Origin: Podarcis erhardii
Taxonomy: Eukaryota
Strand: one strand, 5' to 3'
Length of the DNA: 64,000 nucleotides
Assembly: GCA_964252035.1 (NCBI GenBank)
Contig: OZ176205.1
The notes under the pieces: model-generated
The model's input: only the letters and a program-made list of their open reading frames with translations
What the model was told of the DNA's origin: nothing
The model's database searches: none
Translations under genes and position numbers: made by a program
Shown: positions 24,801 through 36,856 of the stretch, one piece after another
Position numbering within the stretch: the first letter of the stretch is position 1
Layout of the letters: every line of letters starts with the position of its first letter

Positions 24801-27800
24801 CTAGCCATAGTGAGAAGAAGGCAGAAGAGGATGTTAAATTCAAGGTGTGAAGAGAGAGAAGACTTCAGTTACGTTTCCCATTTGGCGAGAGATTGGTTGC
24901 AGGAGACACAATGTATTTAGAATCGAATAGGTTCCTTCCTCGTTCTAATGGGGAAATGACCAAACTGGTTTGTAATGAATTCTTGTAAATAGAAACTCCT
25001 GAAGAGAAAACCTCTATGCCAGGTTTTACACCAAAAAACACCATAACATTATAGAATCACTCAAAGGGAGGGTTAAGCGCAGAAAATCGCCACTCACTTG
25101 CACTTAACTGTAGTATCACAAATGCAGCGCCATAATCATGGGACACAGGGGTGTCTGAACAGCACTTGGATTGCATAGTAATAATAATAATATAGTACTT
25201 CCAAAAATTGCCTGAATAGTGAGAAATACACTACAATCTACAAAGCCAAGTTATACAAATGGGTGCTTTACGATGGGTGTTCCATCTCTTTTGTTACCGC
25301 CAGAGAATAACTATGGTTCCTTTTGGGATGAAAGGTTCTATATAAAGGGAAGGTGTTATTACAATCATTACTACTATTATTGAAATGCAAAACTTGTGTG
25401 TAATAAGCAAGTATATATAAAATTTCACAGTCAGCCTATAAAGGTAACCTATTAATGCAGCTCAAATGTAGCATTTCCCCCTCCAATTGCCACAATAATG
25501 GTGAAATGATCCACCCACAAGTGTCTTATAAAAGCTATACACACCTCAAAAGGAGTATAATTCATGCTCAAACTATCACGCAATCAATGATAAAACCCTG
25601 AAAAGCACACATTCCTGGAGGGTGAGCAGAGGGCAAAATGATGGGTCCCTGTGACCTGCCTGGAAGATCTAGTGCTTGAGGTTTGAGATTTACAGTGAAA
25701 TCTATCTTCCCCTGAGAAGGTGTAAAGACAGATTAAAAAGATAGACATGATTTTGATATTCCTAGGCTCATAATTATTTATGTTTGCACTGATCCTTGTT
25801 AGGCTCTGCCAACATTCCTTCTGAACATAAGGACTCAAAGGCTGCAATCAATAAATCTCTTAATCCCATAGAGAAATCATTGAATTTACTCAGGAGAATT
25901 GCCTTATGCAGTGATTGACACTGATCCTAAAAACATTACAGCTGTATCACAGCATGGAATGGCAGGTTCTGTACTTACTACAGTTTCCTGCTGTGGTCAT
26001 TCTGGCTACACTGCCTGTAACATACCATAGCAATGTAACAGATGACTACTAGTATAGGCACAAAGATGGATCCTGTATAGATGGCTCCATATTGTCCAAA
26101 ATGACAGATGAGCCATCCTCAACCCTTTTACTCCCCCACCTCATCATCACAAAACCCTTCACAAGGACAAAATGCTGCAGCCCAACATGCACCAAGTAGC
26201 TGCCCTTCTCTAAGAACAACTTGGCTTAACCATGAAGTAAAGCCTGTTGAGCTGTCAACTTGATTGACTTGGGTGCAGTCTATACATACGGCAGAATGAC
26301 GGGGTAAAATGGACAGAAACTATTCAGATGGGAGGTAGGGTGGGAACGCATTTTAAGATTCTGCCTTGCGTTGAAAGCTCACTGCATGTAGAAAACTATG
26401 GATTAGGGAAAGTTGTACTTATTTATGGGTGGGGGGGAACCCTTGCATTCTGCTTTCCCCTTTGGAAATGGAGTTGCTCCAAGATGTTAACAAGGTGTAA
26501 ACAGCCACAAAAATAACAACAACAGTAAAATAACATGTTATTAAAACAAATACCAAAACCAACTAGGTCTAAACACAGCGTCATGAAACAGGGAGGCACG
26601 GAGAGCCAGAGCTAACAATAAATAAACAAAATTAAGCAACAGCAGAACCAAAGCCTCGTGGTGTGGTTGTTTCTCTAAAAATAGGCATAAAATGTCAGCT
26701 GAACACAGAGAGGAAGATAACCTAATCTCTTGCGGCAGGGAGTTCCATATGTGGCAGGCTGCCACAGGAAAAGCCCTCTTGAATGTGCCTCAAAAGGCAG
26801 TGCTACATGTAGTACATGTCATTTTTTTACTTGCAGGAAGTTTCTGAAATGGTACTACCCAGAATCCCGTCACCCCAGTCTACCACCTCATCTCGCTGCA
26901 TGAGTAGCCTCGTCTTTACCTCAGAGTGAGGGGAGGGGGGCAGAATTCCACATATTGATTAGGACTAACAAGCCAAATCTTTGACTGCAGGCCTCTAGTT
27001 ATTAAAGTACAAAGCTAAGCACTCAGCTGGCCTAGAAGATGACATGATTCCTACGTCAAGCTGTTAATCTATAGAACAAAGGCCGCTATTTACCTTTATT
27101 AAAACTTCAAAGTACCCTTCAGCATTCACAGGAGTAATTGGAGTATAGGCTCTCTGAACCTCCAAACCATTCACTAGTCCTCTGAGGAAGGAAAAAAGAG
27201 AGAGAGAGAGAGAAAGATAGAGGAAGGGAACCCTGATCTGAATCCCTTACAATTCCTGTCAGCAAAGTACTGCTCTCTCAGCAAAGGCTGCTGCCTGAAA
27301 AGCACTGCAGGTATCCTTCCTCCTTCCCCATGGGCTGTCCTTTGCCAAGCCAGACAATAGATCATTCCCTCCCATTTTGCAGTGAAATCACAGAGATTCA
27401 AGGCATTGAAATAACCTCAGATTTCTGTGTCACACACCTCCCTTAACAATCTTTCCCTTTCCTGGGGCCAGATGAGCTACATGGCCAGCCTAGCTATTTT
27501 GTGCAATATAGCTATGTTGCTCACAAAGTAAGGGAATTATAGAACTATACTAAGGGGGGGATTATAAATGGCCTTGGACAGATAGTGAATACATGGAAAT
27601 AATATTAACAAACAACTAAATGTGCAGAAAGAATAACTGAAACAGTCATGTAAAATCAGACCTATCTCACAAATGTTGCACAGAGGTCAATGATACTACT
27701 CCTAGGCTTAATCCATTTGTATTCCTACATGTGTTGGAAGGAGCCCAGAATGAACCATGCTCCTGTCGTGGTGCTGGCAACCTCACCCAGTTTATAGAAA

Positions 27801-30800
27801 CTGAATCACAGTCATCTTAAAAGTCCAAAAAAGACTTGGGAAGCAATGTACCGCCTGGCTTCCACTGCCAATCAATTGCACATCAACAACAGACAACTTT
27901 TCAACTCAGAATAGTCAATTCTTTTATCCTTAATGAAGTTTTGTGAGGCATCTAGCGGTTACAGTGATGGGGAGGATATATAGTGAACAGTTGCCAACAG
28001 CAGCTTTATTAATCTGTTTTCAGTGGGAATCAGGCATTTTGGATAGATGCTCAGTGTGATATTATGGTCCTCCAACAAAGGGGAGGGGGGAAGTCCAGGA
28101 GATTCTTTGGAATCTTGTTTTTATGTTGCAGGTTGGATACGTGATTGTATAATTTTAATCTGAAAAGCCAAATAAACAATTTTTTAAAAAGAAAGATATT
28201 ATGGTCAGGGTGTTGGTGTTGGACCACAGAATCTAGAGATTGCACCATCACTCAGTTATAAGGTTCACTTGGGCAACTTTGATCAGTCACTCTAACTTAT
28301 TTCACAGAGTTACTGGGAGGGCAAAATGTTCCCACAGACCTTAGAGCAGGCATAGCCAAACTCGGCCCTCCAAATGTTTTGGGACTACAACTCCCATCAT
28401 CCCTAGCTAACAGGACCAGTGGTCAGGGATGATGGGAATTGTAGTCCCAAAACATCTGGGGAGCCGAGTTTGGCCATGCCTATCTTAGAGGAAGGGTGGG
28501 ATACAAAGGTAACTCATAACATAAATAATATGAAAGGTGGCTCTGTACTGCAATGGGCATAACTTCCTCAAGGGGAAAAGTTAATATACTGTCCCTATGT
28601 GTTGGTACGTGACGATCATTCCAATACACATTTGCTTTTCACCTTTTCCGTTTCTGCAAATTGGCTTTCTTACCCACACTTAATTTTTCTGCCTCCAATA
28701 CAACTAAAATGGAAGGAAAAGCAAGTGTAGGGTGGCATATACCATAAAATTAACAAGGTTAATAAGCTCAGTGAGCTCACAAGTTCTTTCAACAGAGCCA
28801 ATCTGGGAGCACAGAAATTATGATTTACTTGGCATGAAATCTTTGTAGCTCAACAACAACAAAAAGCAAGTTAAATCACATACTGAGGCCTGTTTAACTA
28901 GAGACTGGGTACAGTACCTTAGCACAATATGTTGTCCCAAACTCAACCCTAGGCTGCTATTTCCAGGCAATTCAAATTTATACTGGTAGGTGTCCTCTGT
29001 CAGCTGATCCACAGAGCTTATGATGAAAGCTGTAAACGTTTCTGGAGTTAGTTCTGAATTACTACACTGCAAAAGCAACAATAAATAATTACAAGGTTAA
29101 GCAATGCCACCCTCTTTTCTTTTCTTAAAAAAATGTGAGTGAATTCTGCCATGGTGAAACATGTTACTGCAAAACACACACACACACACCCTGCCACACA
29201 CACAAATTTTAAAGACTGAATACATCTGGTCTCAATAAAGTGTTAATTCAGTAAGTAATTATTTGTGAAGCCCCATTTTAATCTGCTTGCCTTTTTTACA
29301 ATTATGACCATAACAATATGCTGATAATGATTTTAGAAGGTGAGAAACTAAAGGTATGTCCACACAGAAATAGTAATAGCACTCCCAAAAGATGATGGAA
29401 GGCCATCTAGGAGGTAATTTTCTACCTATCTCAAGGAACGGATGGGCATTCCTCCTTAGTTTGCAGTCTCTCTCAAAAGCAATTTCTTATTTTTCTCTAG
29501 ACCTCCCACTAGGGCTGCCGTCTTTCTTCCTTTGCAAAACTCCAGCGCTTTTAACAGCTCCATGTCTGCAAGAATTACATGAGCGAAGCTTCTCACAGTA
29601 CAAAGATCCAGTGAAGAGAATAGCTTATTCGGGCCTCCAGGCAATCTTTAGAAGCAAATTTTGCATTACCAATTTGTTCAAGACACGTTTTATCTTTTGC
29701 AGGGCACGTGAGCCATTCATTCTGTGGCCCCTGAATTTGATTGAAGTCTCAAGACTTCAGATTTGGAACAAGTAATAATAAAGAAAAGCACCTCTGAGCA
29801 TGTGCCTCAGCCTTAGCCCTGGCACATCAAAATGGCTTCCAGGCCAATGGAAAGGGCTTCCAAGCAGGCTTGAACCCTAATATCTATCATTTCAAATAAA
29901 AAAAAGCATTTCTCTTTGTTTCTTCATTTCCTTGTTCTCATTTTCCCAGCATGCATTTCACAACCCTATGCGTTTTTAGGCTGATGTAGGACCCATTGCG
30001 TTCAATGGGGCTTAGTCTCAATGGGATCGGCACCTCAGTTCCTAGCATCCTTTCTCAGGTATTACTCCAATAAGCAACATCATATTTTAAAGAGCTTTGT
30101 GCTTGCTCTCAGTTGTTGGGTGCTTGAGGTGCGTTAACAGAATTGGAGAAAGCCCAGATGGCACAATGGGATAAAACTGAATTATGAGTAAGTTGTGATG
30201 TTCATCAATATGAGAGATGCTAGAAAGGAATGTATTCTCCTGCATGAATTACTATATATTTTCTTGCATTTAAAATGTAATGATAATTAAGCTTACATAT
30301 TTTACTGCTTTTTATAGGAGAAAAATACTTGCAAGATTTATTGGGAAGACAATATGGTAGCAAACTATAATTACAAATATTAAAAAGTGGGAAATTTGAT
30401 GAGTGTTATAAAACACTTTTTCTAATAATTCTGCATTCAAGAGACTGGCAAGAGAGAAACACGTCAAAGACAAACTTTTTGAAACATACTCATATTAAAC
30501 TTCTAATTAGATATAAAAAGGACAAAATACTGTTTTGGAAAGTAACTGCAAAGTAACCATGTCTTAACCATGTCTCCTCAGAAATAAGGCCTACTTAATT
30601 CAGTGGGGCTTACTCCCAGGTGTGTGTGGTTAGGAATGCAGCCTAAACAGATATACCTGAACGTACAGTAGATCAATTTGAAATCAATGGGATCTATTTA
30701 CAAGGGGGGGGGGAATAGGACCCAGATGAAATATTAACATAATTTTAAGATTTCTACTTGCTGTTTCTTCCTTGTCAGGAGGCTTCTGTCTTTTTTTGCC

Positions 30801-30934
30801 TTGGCCTTTTCCCACTGCTCCAGCTCGTCCTGATACGTGTCATAGACACAAGGTTTGCAGCCACTACCGCAGCACTGGGATGGCAATGGCTCTTTGGGCT
30901 TGAGAGACAGCCAGTCATCTTCACTATCATCCAT
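21622..30934 (-). CDS. CYB5RL: CYB5RL, NADH-cytochrome b5 reductase-like; spliced CDS of 6 exons, 927 nt, 308 aa
   Basis: join(30758-30934, 28918-29066, 27094-27181, 23372-23476, 22309-22512, 21622-21825). All introns are GT-AG with compatible phases. Motifs: EPLPSQCCGSGCKPC, FAD-binding RAYTPI, GLMSQY, ASGTGLAP, CGS and a terminal Phe. Confidence 0.95.
22309..22512 (-). CDS. CYB5RL: CYB5RL coding exon 5
   Basis: cattttcag|TAT GGA; YGELLMLASGTGLAPMLPILQY...RAFYVLSQ; donor CAG|GTAATA; 204 nt. Confidence 0.95.
23372..23476 (-). CDS. CYB5RL: CYB5RL coding exon 4
   Basis: ttctttacaag|TGC; CYEDGLMSQYVKSWKEGDSVCWRGPFGGFPYSANQ; donor CAA|GTAAAG; 105 nt. Confidence 0.93.
24069..24130. repeat. Perfect 31-bp tandem duplication
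   Basis: CAATAATGAATGTAAAAAGCATCTGCATCTA, two copies. Confidence 0.95.
24141..24286 (+). mobile_element. tRNA-Lys(CTT)-derived SINE with CR1 3' tail
   Basis: Head GCTCAGTCAGTAGAGCATGAGACTCTTAATCTCAGGGTCAGGGGTTCAAGCCCC, then the CR1 tail GGACTAGATGACCCT...CTACAATTCTGTGATTCTA. Confidence 0.85.
24411..24640. mobile_element. Old Penelope-like inverted terminal relic
   Basis: Inverted arms GCACCTTAAAGAC...GGCATAAGATTTCATGGACTA and TAGTCCATGAAAGCTTATGCC...CCTTCAAGG, continuing after a nested MITE. Confidence 0.65.
24535..24624. mobile_element. 90-bp hAT-type MITE
   Basis: TIRs CATAGCTGCCAA and TTGACAGCTACG; 8-bp TSD CTTCAAGG / CTTCAAGC. Confidence 0.75.
27094..27181 (-). CDS. CYB5RL: CYB5RL coding exon 3
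   Basis: Not in the ORF track. (CT)n-rich tract then cctcag|A GGA CTA; GLVNGLEVQRAYTPITPVNAEGYFEVLIK; donor AAG|GTAAAT; 88 nt. Confidence 0.93.
28347..28482. mobile_element. Palindromic hAT-type MITE
   Basis: Near-complete palindrome CAGGCATAGCCAAACTCGGCC...GCCGAGTTTGGCCATGCCTA; 8-bp TSD CCTTAGAG / TCTTAGAG. Confidence 0.85.
28918..29066 (-). CDS. CYB5RL: CYB5RL coding exon 2
   Basis: ttttgcag|TGT AGT; CSNSELTPETF...GQHIVLR; donor AG|GTACTG; 149 nt. Confidence 0.92.
30758..30934 (-). CDS. CYB5RL: CYB5RL coding exon 1 (Cys-rich oxidored-like domain)
   Basis: ttttctag|ATA ATG; MDDSEDDWLSLKPKEPLPSQCCGSGCKPCVYD...RKKQQ; weak donor CAA|GTAGAA. Confidence 0.9.
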
Positions 30935-31914
30935 TATCTAGAAAATATACCGGTAACACTCAGTTTCAAACTGCTGGATGGAGATGATCTGTCCCTACCA
31001 CAACCAACATGTATTTTAGCACATTATAGCTGAATTCCTTGCTTGGAAGCACTTCATATTTTATTGATAATGTTATTACTTGTAAACCTCTTAAGAATTT
31101 TTGTTATGACCAAGTAGTACATAAATATTGTTAAATTTAACACTTATATCTGTTTTTAATCTATTTTTGGAATATTGTTATTTTTAAGTTTTGGTATGTT
31201 ACTACAGTATTTGTTATTTTGCTTCAGGATTTTTTAATGGGAAATGATATACACAGGTAATCAACTGTAACCTTCTACAGCATCATACTTTGCTTTGGAT
31301 TGATGGTGCAGGAGCAGGTTAAACAGGTAATTTTTCCTCCTTCCAACTCTCTACAGAAGCAAAGGCGTCAAAGAGAATGTAAAATCTGTTGTCCCAAAAG
31401 CGAAAATGTCGAGGCTATGGATCCTGTCCCCAGTATGTTTTAGTAGCTAAACCTCTGTAAACCTGATCAGAGTTCAGTATGTCATCCTTTCGTATAATGT
31501 AGTTGTTTTAGGAAAAACCATCTTGCTGGACTCTTCTGAAGTTACATAATCAGGGGAGGCTAACAGTTTTACATGTACACATTTACATTAAAAAATCCAA
31601 TCTGGATGCATTCACAAACTAGCTAAGAGCCATATGGGGGTTGAGCCTACAGATGTCTATGCACCTTGCCTTACATCAAAATGAGTACAGCAATGGCCAT
31701 CAACTTTACAAACAGGTTTAGACAAACTCATGCGAGATAAGACTATCGATTGCCACTAATCATGATGGCTGTGTTCTACATATCAAGAAAAGGAAGTTGT
31801 GTGGTTCTGACTATAGCTTAAATTCGGGTCCACAGTCCTGCCTACTTTCCTGTGTTGTGCTGCTGCCTCTGACCATGCTTGGTAGGTCAGAGGCAAAACT
31901 ACCCAAAGGTGTGT

Positions 31915-32130
31915 GGCGTGGGCTGGCCTTGTATAAGGTAATGTGACCAGGAAGGGACACCCAGGTTCAAATCCCTGCTTATTCACAAAACTCACTGGGT
32001 GATCTTGGCCCCATCACCCTCCCTGCCACCTAACTTACAGGGCTGTTATGAGGAGACAGTGGCTGTTGTGAGCATATCATATATGCTGCCCTAGAAGAGG
32101 GATAGGGTATAAATGAAATAAATAATGAGA
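31915..32130 (+). mobile_element. Old MIR/CORE-type SINE fragment
   Basis: B-box-like GGTTCAAATCC, CORE-like CTGGGTGATCTTGGCC, and an A-rich end. Confidence 0.5.
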
Positions 32131-32201
32131 AAGATATGATGCCCTGTAGTGTACATGTCTGTAGGCCTGTCATTGCCTCTCAGCCTAATTTACCTTAGAG
32201 G

Positions 32202-32385
32202 TTCTAGTTACAGGTAGGTAGCCGTGTTGGTCTGCCGTAGTCAAAACAAAATAAAAATAATCCTTCCAGTAGCACCTTAGAGACCAACTAAGTTTGTTAT
32301 TGGTATGAGCTTTCGTGTGCATGCACACTTCTGAAGAACTTAGTTGGTCTCTAAGGTGCTACTGGAAGGACTTTTTAAAATTTTG
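32202..32385. mobile_element. Penelope-like element terminus in inverted arrangement
   Basis: Starts TTCTAGTTACAGGTAGGTAGCCGTGTTGGTCTG. Perfect 34-bp inverted repeat at 32261-94 and 32337-70. Approximate TSD TTACC(T)TAGAGG. Confidence 0.8.
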
Positions 32386-32549
32386 TTACCTAGAGGGTTG
32401 TTGTGGGGATTAAATGAGTAGAACTGTGTATGCAGCCTTGAGATACTGGGGGGGGGGGAGATATAAACGCAATAAATAATGACATGAGGGGCAGAAGAAA
32501 CGAATCGAATTATTTGGACTTCGGCTTGTGACCAAAATCATTGGCAGCC

Positions 32550-33790
32550 CATGAACAAGGAGCCCCTCTCTCTCCGCAGGCTCAGCGCCCCTCGATCTCC
32601 CCCATACGGAAGCTGCTCTACACCAAGCCGGGCCATGGGGGGCCACCAAGCTCAGCCCCCCTGATGCCACCCTCCAGCGCCTCCAGCAGCGATGCCCTAC
32701 CTGGAAACGGGAAGGAGTGAAACCAAGACCTTTCGCATGCAAAACGTGAGAACTGCGGCGGGGACAGTCAAAGGGGCTTTAATCGCAGGTGGTAGTGGTG
32801 GTGGTTGTAGTTCTTATGGGGGTTAAACGAGGACGCGGGAGAACCATGCACACCGCCCGGAGCTGGGGGGCTCCAAGTGCCACAAGCGCCGTGCAATGGC
32901 AATGCCCCTCCGCTGCGAAAGCGGCGCGTCCCCTGGAGAAAAGGGCAGGCTTAGTCGCCACGTTGCGAGGCGTGACGCTGTTCTTCTGCCCTTGAGGGAA
33001 CTGGAGGCGCTTACACCGGCTGCGTCATCGGCAGGGAGAGCCACCGCCGGCCCCCTCAACCGCGAGGCCCCGACCCGCTTCCTTCCCACGCCGGGCCCAG
33101 ACGAGCGCCGAGTTTGCGCGGGGGGGAAGCGGCCCGCTGTCGGTCACAACATAGCCCCGCCCCTCTACCCGGCATGCGCTTCGGAGGCGGAAAGAAAATG
33201 GCTGCCGCCGCCAGCGGGCGGTGAGGTGTCTGTGGGGGGGACTCGGCGACGTGGAGTGGAGGCAGCGATGCTGGCCGTACGGCTGCCCGCCCAGCGGGCG
33301 CAGTGCTTGGCGCTCGGCGGGCAGCGTCGCGCCAAATTCACCTACGGGCCGAAGTATCCTCGGGAGCCGCTGCCCCGCACCCCGTGGACGGTGCGCGGGC
33401 CGCCGCCGGGCGCGCCGTTGCCTTGGTACTTACGCAAAGTGCCTCCGGTGCGGGAGCAGCTTCCCGAGCTCGACGTGGTGACGTACGAGGGGAAGCTGCA
33501 CCGCGTGCCTTGGCTGGCCAAGCCCCGTCACCCCAAGTGGGAGCGCGGGTGGCACGACCCCTGGCACGACGGCGGCCCCCGCCTGGAGGAGATGCCCACT
33601 TACAAGCAGCGGCCCTGCTACGTCTTCCACCAGCGGACTCGCGTGCTGGAAGGTGAGGGCTGCCTGCGGGGCCCGCGCTGACCGAGGCTGGTGGGCGGTG
33701 GGCGAGGACGGCTGGCCAGCTTCGGGGTGCTTGGTGTCAGGATGGCTTGGGCTCTGAGGGAGTCCTCGAGTGCAGGCGATGCAGGGGGCG
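32550..33790. promoter_or_regulatory. CpG island and bidirectional promoter shared by CYB5RL (-) and MRPL37 (+)
   Basis: CpG-rich stretch in an otherwise CpG-poor window. GC box GCCCCGCCCC at 33154-33163, NRF1-like GGCATGCGC at 33171-33179, YY1-like AAAATGGCTGCC at 33195-33206. Candidate donor of a non-coding CYB5RL first exon, CAG|GTAGGG, on the minus strand at 32701/32700. Confidence 0.85.
33268..33652 (+). CDS. MRPL37: MRPL37 exon 1
   Basis: gcagcgATG; Arg-rich presequence-like [21 protein letters not shown]...[12 protein letters not shown]|GTGAGG. The start choice is inferred from similarity to the mammalian N-terminus. Confidence 0.85.
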
Positions 33791-36700
33791 GTGAAAGGAA
33801 GAGACCGGCCAGAGGTTGGTGCCTGCGAAGTGACAAGCTGAGCTTGGGCTATGCAGATCAGGCATTCGAGGAGCACTCAATTAATGGCATGGACACCCAG
33901 TCCTGCAGCTTAGAAAAGGCTCTCCGAGTGGACAGTCTCAGTTTAAAAAAAGGCATACAGCAACAGCACGTGAGGGGAAAGGGAGCTTATGTACAAGTTT
34001 TTAAAGGGGCTGTTCTTAATGGCACGGTTCTATAGCTCTGCCTTTATGGAGATTTTGGCTTCCTAGGTGACAAGCTGTCTCCTCGCTGATGTGGCACTGC
34101 TGGCTGTCTTGTTCTTGCTAAAGAGCAGGCCTTTCCCAGAAGCACTCCACATTGGAGCAGAGCAGGTGACAGTGACCAGCCTAGGAGGCTAGCACAGTCA
34201 CGTGGCTCTTCTCTCAGGCAGCTGCCCCAATGTAAAATTATTTAATAAATTTGTTACTTGCTTTATCTTGCCCAGCATCATAATCGTTATTTGCAAAGAA
34301 AAGCCCAGTATTTGGAAAGCATGAATACTGTTAAAGGTGGTAGTTAAAAGAAGGCGAGAACTGCAAATTAATGGGCACAAACTTGTTGGGCCACATTGTG
34401 CCAACTTATCTATACTTGTCCAGGTTTTGTTAAGTAATTAACGGCAATGCATGCAGCATTTATAAGGTGGTCTTGGTTTTCTGCTCCATTTTGTCTCTAG
34501 AATAGCTCCCCCGCCCCGCTCCAAATCTTAAAAAGAATGGTGGAAAAGTCCTTGTTCTTGTGTAAGAGTGATTGAAGTGCAAGGTGCAGTACTAAAGATG
34601 CTCACTGGTAATATATTATTTTACTTGAAGGTGTAAAGCAAGCATTGTGGCTAACCAAGACAAAGCTGACACAAGGTTTACCTCCGCGAATACTTAGCAT
34701 AATCAATGACCTAGCTAATCAATGTGAAAACCAGGATGAGAGAGTCCAGAATGCCATTTATCATGCACGCCTCTGGGGTAGCAGTGAGGAGGATGTACCT
34801 AAAGAAACCTATTGGTAAGTCTTTGGCTCAAGTTTCCTTTTTTGTTGTTCCATTGTTTGGGACCATTTCTGAAATTGTCATAACAGCTTATATATTTTAT
34901 TCTTTTAATAAGGCAGTTAGCAAACAGTGTGGTGACAAATACAGCAGAACTAATAGCCTGGATCAGTTTATGCCTCCTTGCAGAGCAGTGATTCATGCAG
35001 AGATACAGGCAGTTAGTTTTCCATACACCCTAAAAAGTCAACTTTTGGGGCTGTAAGAATCAAATATGCTGTCCAGTTTTAATTCAGAAAAAGCATGCTT
35101 TCACTATCAAGTGTTTGGGGAACTGTTGTGAGATGTTCCATGCAGACTGATTCTGTACTCTTGGCCTTTGTATGTGTTTAAATTAAAAACTAGGAAGTTT
35201 ACTTTATTACTGCACCTCAGATGTGTGTGAGGTGTTCTACAGAGTACATAAGGACAGGTTTCTGCCCTATTTAGCTTAAAGTCAAAAATCTGACATGGGG
35301 AAGCAACAGAGGAAGGGGAGACAGGAATGGATGATGATTTTGGTTGCATGCAGTTGGGTTTGTTACAGTTAAGCATTGAGGGGGTTGTGCCAAAGGCTTC
35401 ATAGAAAATCTGTGTATTAAGGAGGGATTTGAAGAATAATTACTTCTGCACCTTTGTTCTGAATGAGAACAGCTTATGGATAAGGTTGTGTATGTTCTTT
35501 GATTCTGTATAAGTGCAGAATTCACTTTAGAATCTGAACATGTATTTAAAATGAGTTTCTAGTGACTGGCTAAGAAAGATTGAGGAATGACTGCTAAAAC
35601 ATTCAGAACCTATAGGGCAGTAGTGTAGGTTATTAACCATACTTAAGGACATAAGAAGATCACACCCAAAATCCAACTAGTCCAATGTCCTGCTATTTAC
35701 TCTGGCCAATCAGATGGCTCTGGGAAGCTCACAAACTCAGCATAAAGGGAATGCCACTCCCCCAGCAACTAGCTTTGGAGGTACATTGGCTATGAATTGG
35801 GAGGTTTTCTTAAGCCAGTGGTTGGCTTAAGACTGAGTTTAGCCTCTCCATTTGCCCTGCAAGACTTTTAGCCAAGCTATGTCTACTTGTCCTATTGGTC
35901 AGTAAAGATGTGACTGTGCCAAAAAAGGGGTTTGCAGGCTCTACTGATTTTCATCATTGGCAGCTCCTGCAAAGCCTGCGTGGCTCTTTTCAAGTGTCAA
36001 CAAGCAGCTGATCTTAGGTGCTTGCAGAGACCCCTTTAAAGACCACTGGTTCTGTGCAAGCACATCTGATCACCAGTGCATGCAGAGAGCATGGTGGATC
36101 ATTGGGGCTTCAAAGTGCTGCCACTGCTCCTGCCTGTCAAATTTGGTGACTGGAGGGGTGGGGGAGATAGGGATCTAGCCTGCTTGCCTTGCCTTGCCAA
36201 TAGCTGCTGATAGACCTAACCTAGCCTTCATTAATTTGGCTAGTGGCCTTAATGGCAATGGATTCCGTAAATTACACCTTGTAAGAAGAAATTACTGTTT
36301 TGAACCTACTGCTGATAAATGTCTAATATCTAATAATAAAAATTAACTCTCTCCACCTGCATTCGTACCTCCAGTCATCGCCCATGACTAGAAGTAGAAT
36401 AAATTATGCAAAAGGAGACTTGCCATAGAATTTGGGTTACCTTTTGCACAGAACTATTTTAATGTAGCTCTGCTTATGCCTTTCCACAATATTGTTTCCA
36501 GATGATTGCCGGTAACACTGATTGGCTTAATTATTGATTCCTGGCATTCTTAATAATGAATACCTGGTGTACTATCCTATGTATAATTAACTGTAACTAT
36601 AATTTGAAGTTGTGTTAAGGCATTTGGCTGAACACATGAATGGTCTTCTTAAATGCAGTAACTCGATAGTGTGACCTGGGAGTTTGATGGGTGTGGGTGT

Positions 36701-36822
36701 GGGTGTGGCTGGAATGTGGTTTGTTTGGTTGTTGTTGTTGTTTTGCTTTTGTTGTTTTTAAGGGATGGCATCCAATTTCGTTGCACTTGTGCAATGTTGC
36801 ACTTGTGTAATGACAATAAAGA

Positions 36823-36856
<34 letters not shown>

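Noticed and set aside
32896-33681. 261-aa ORF as an N-terminally extended MRPL37
   Set aside because: Only 33268-33652 is MRPL37-like. The upstream part crosses the promoter motifs of a CpG island, where stops are rare, and the end runs into intron 1.
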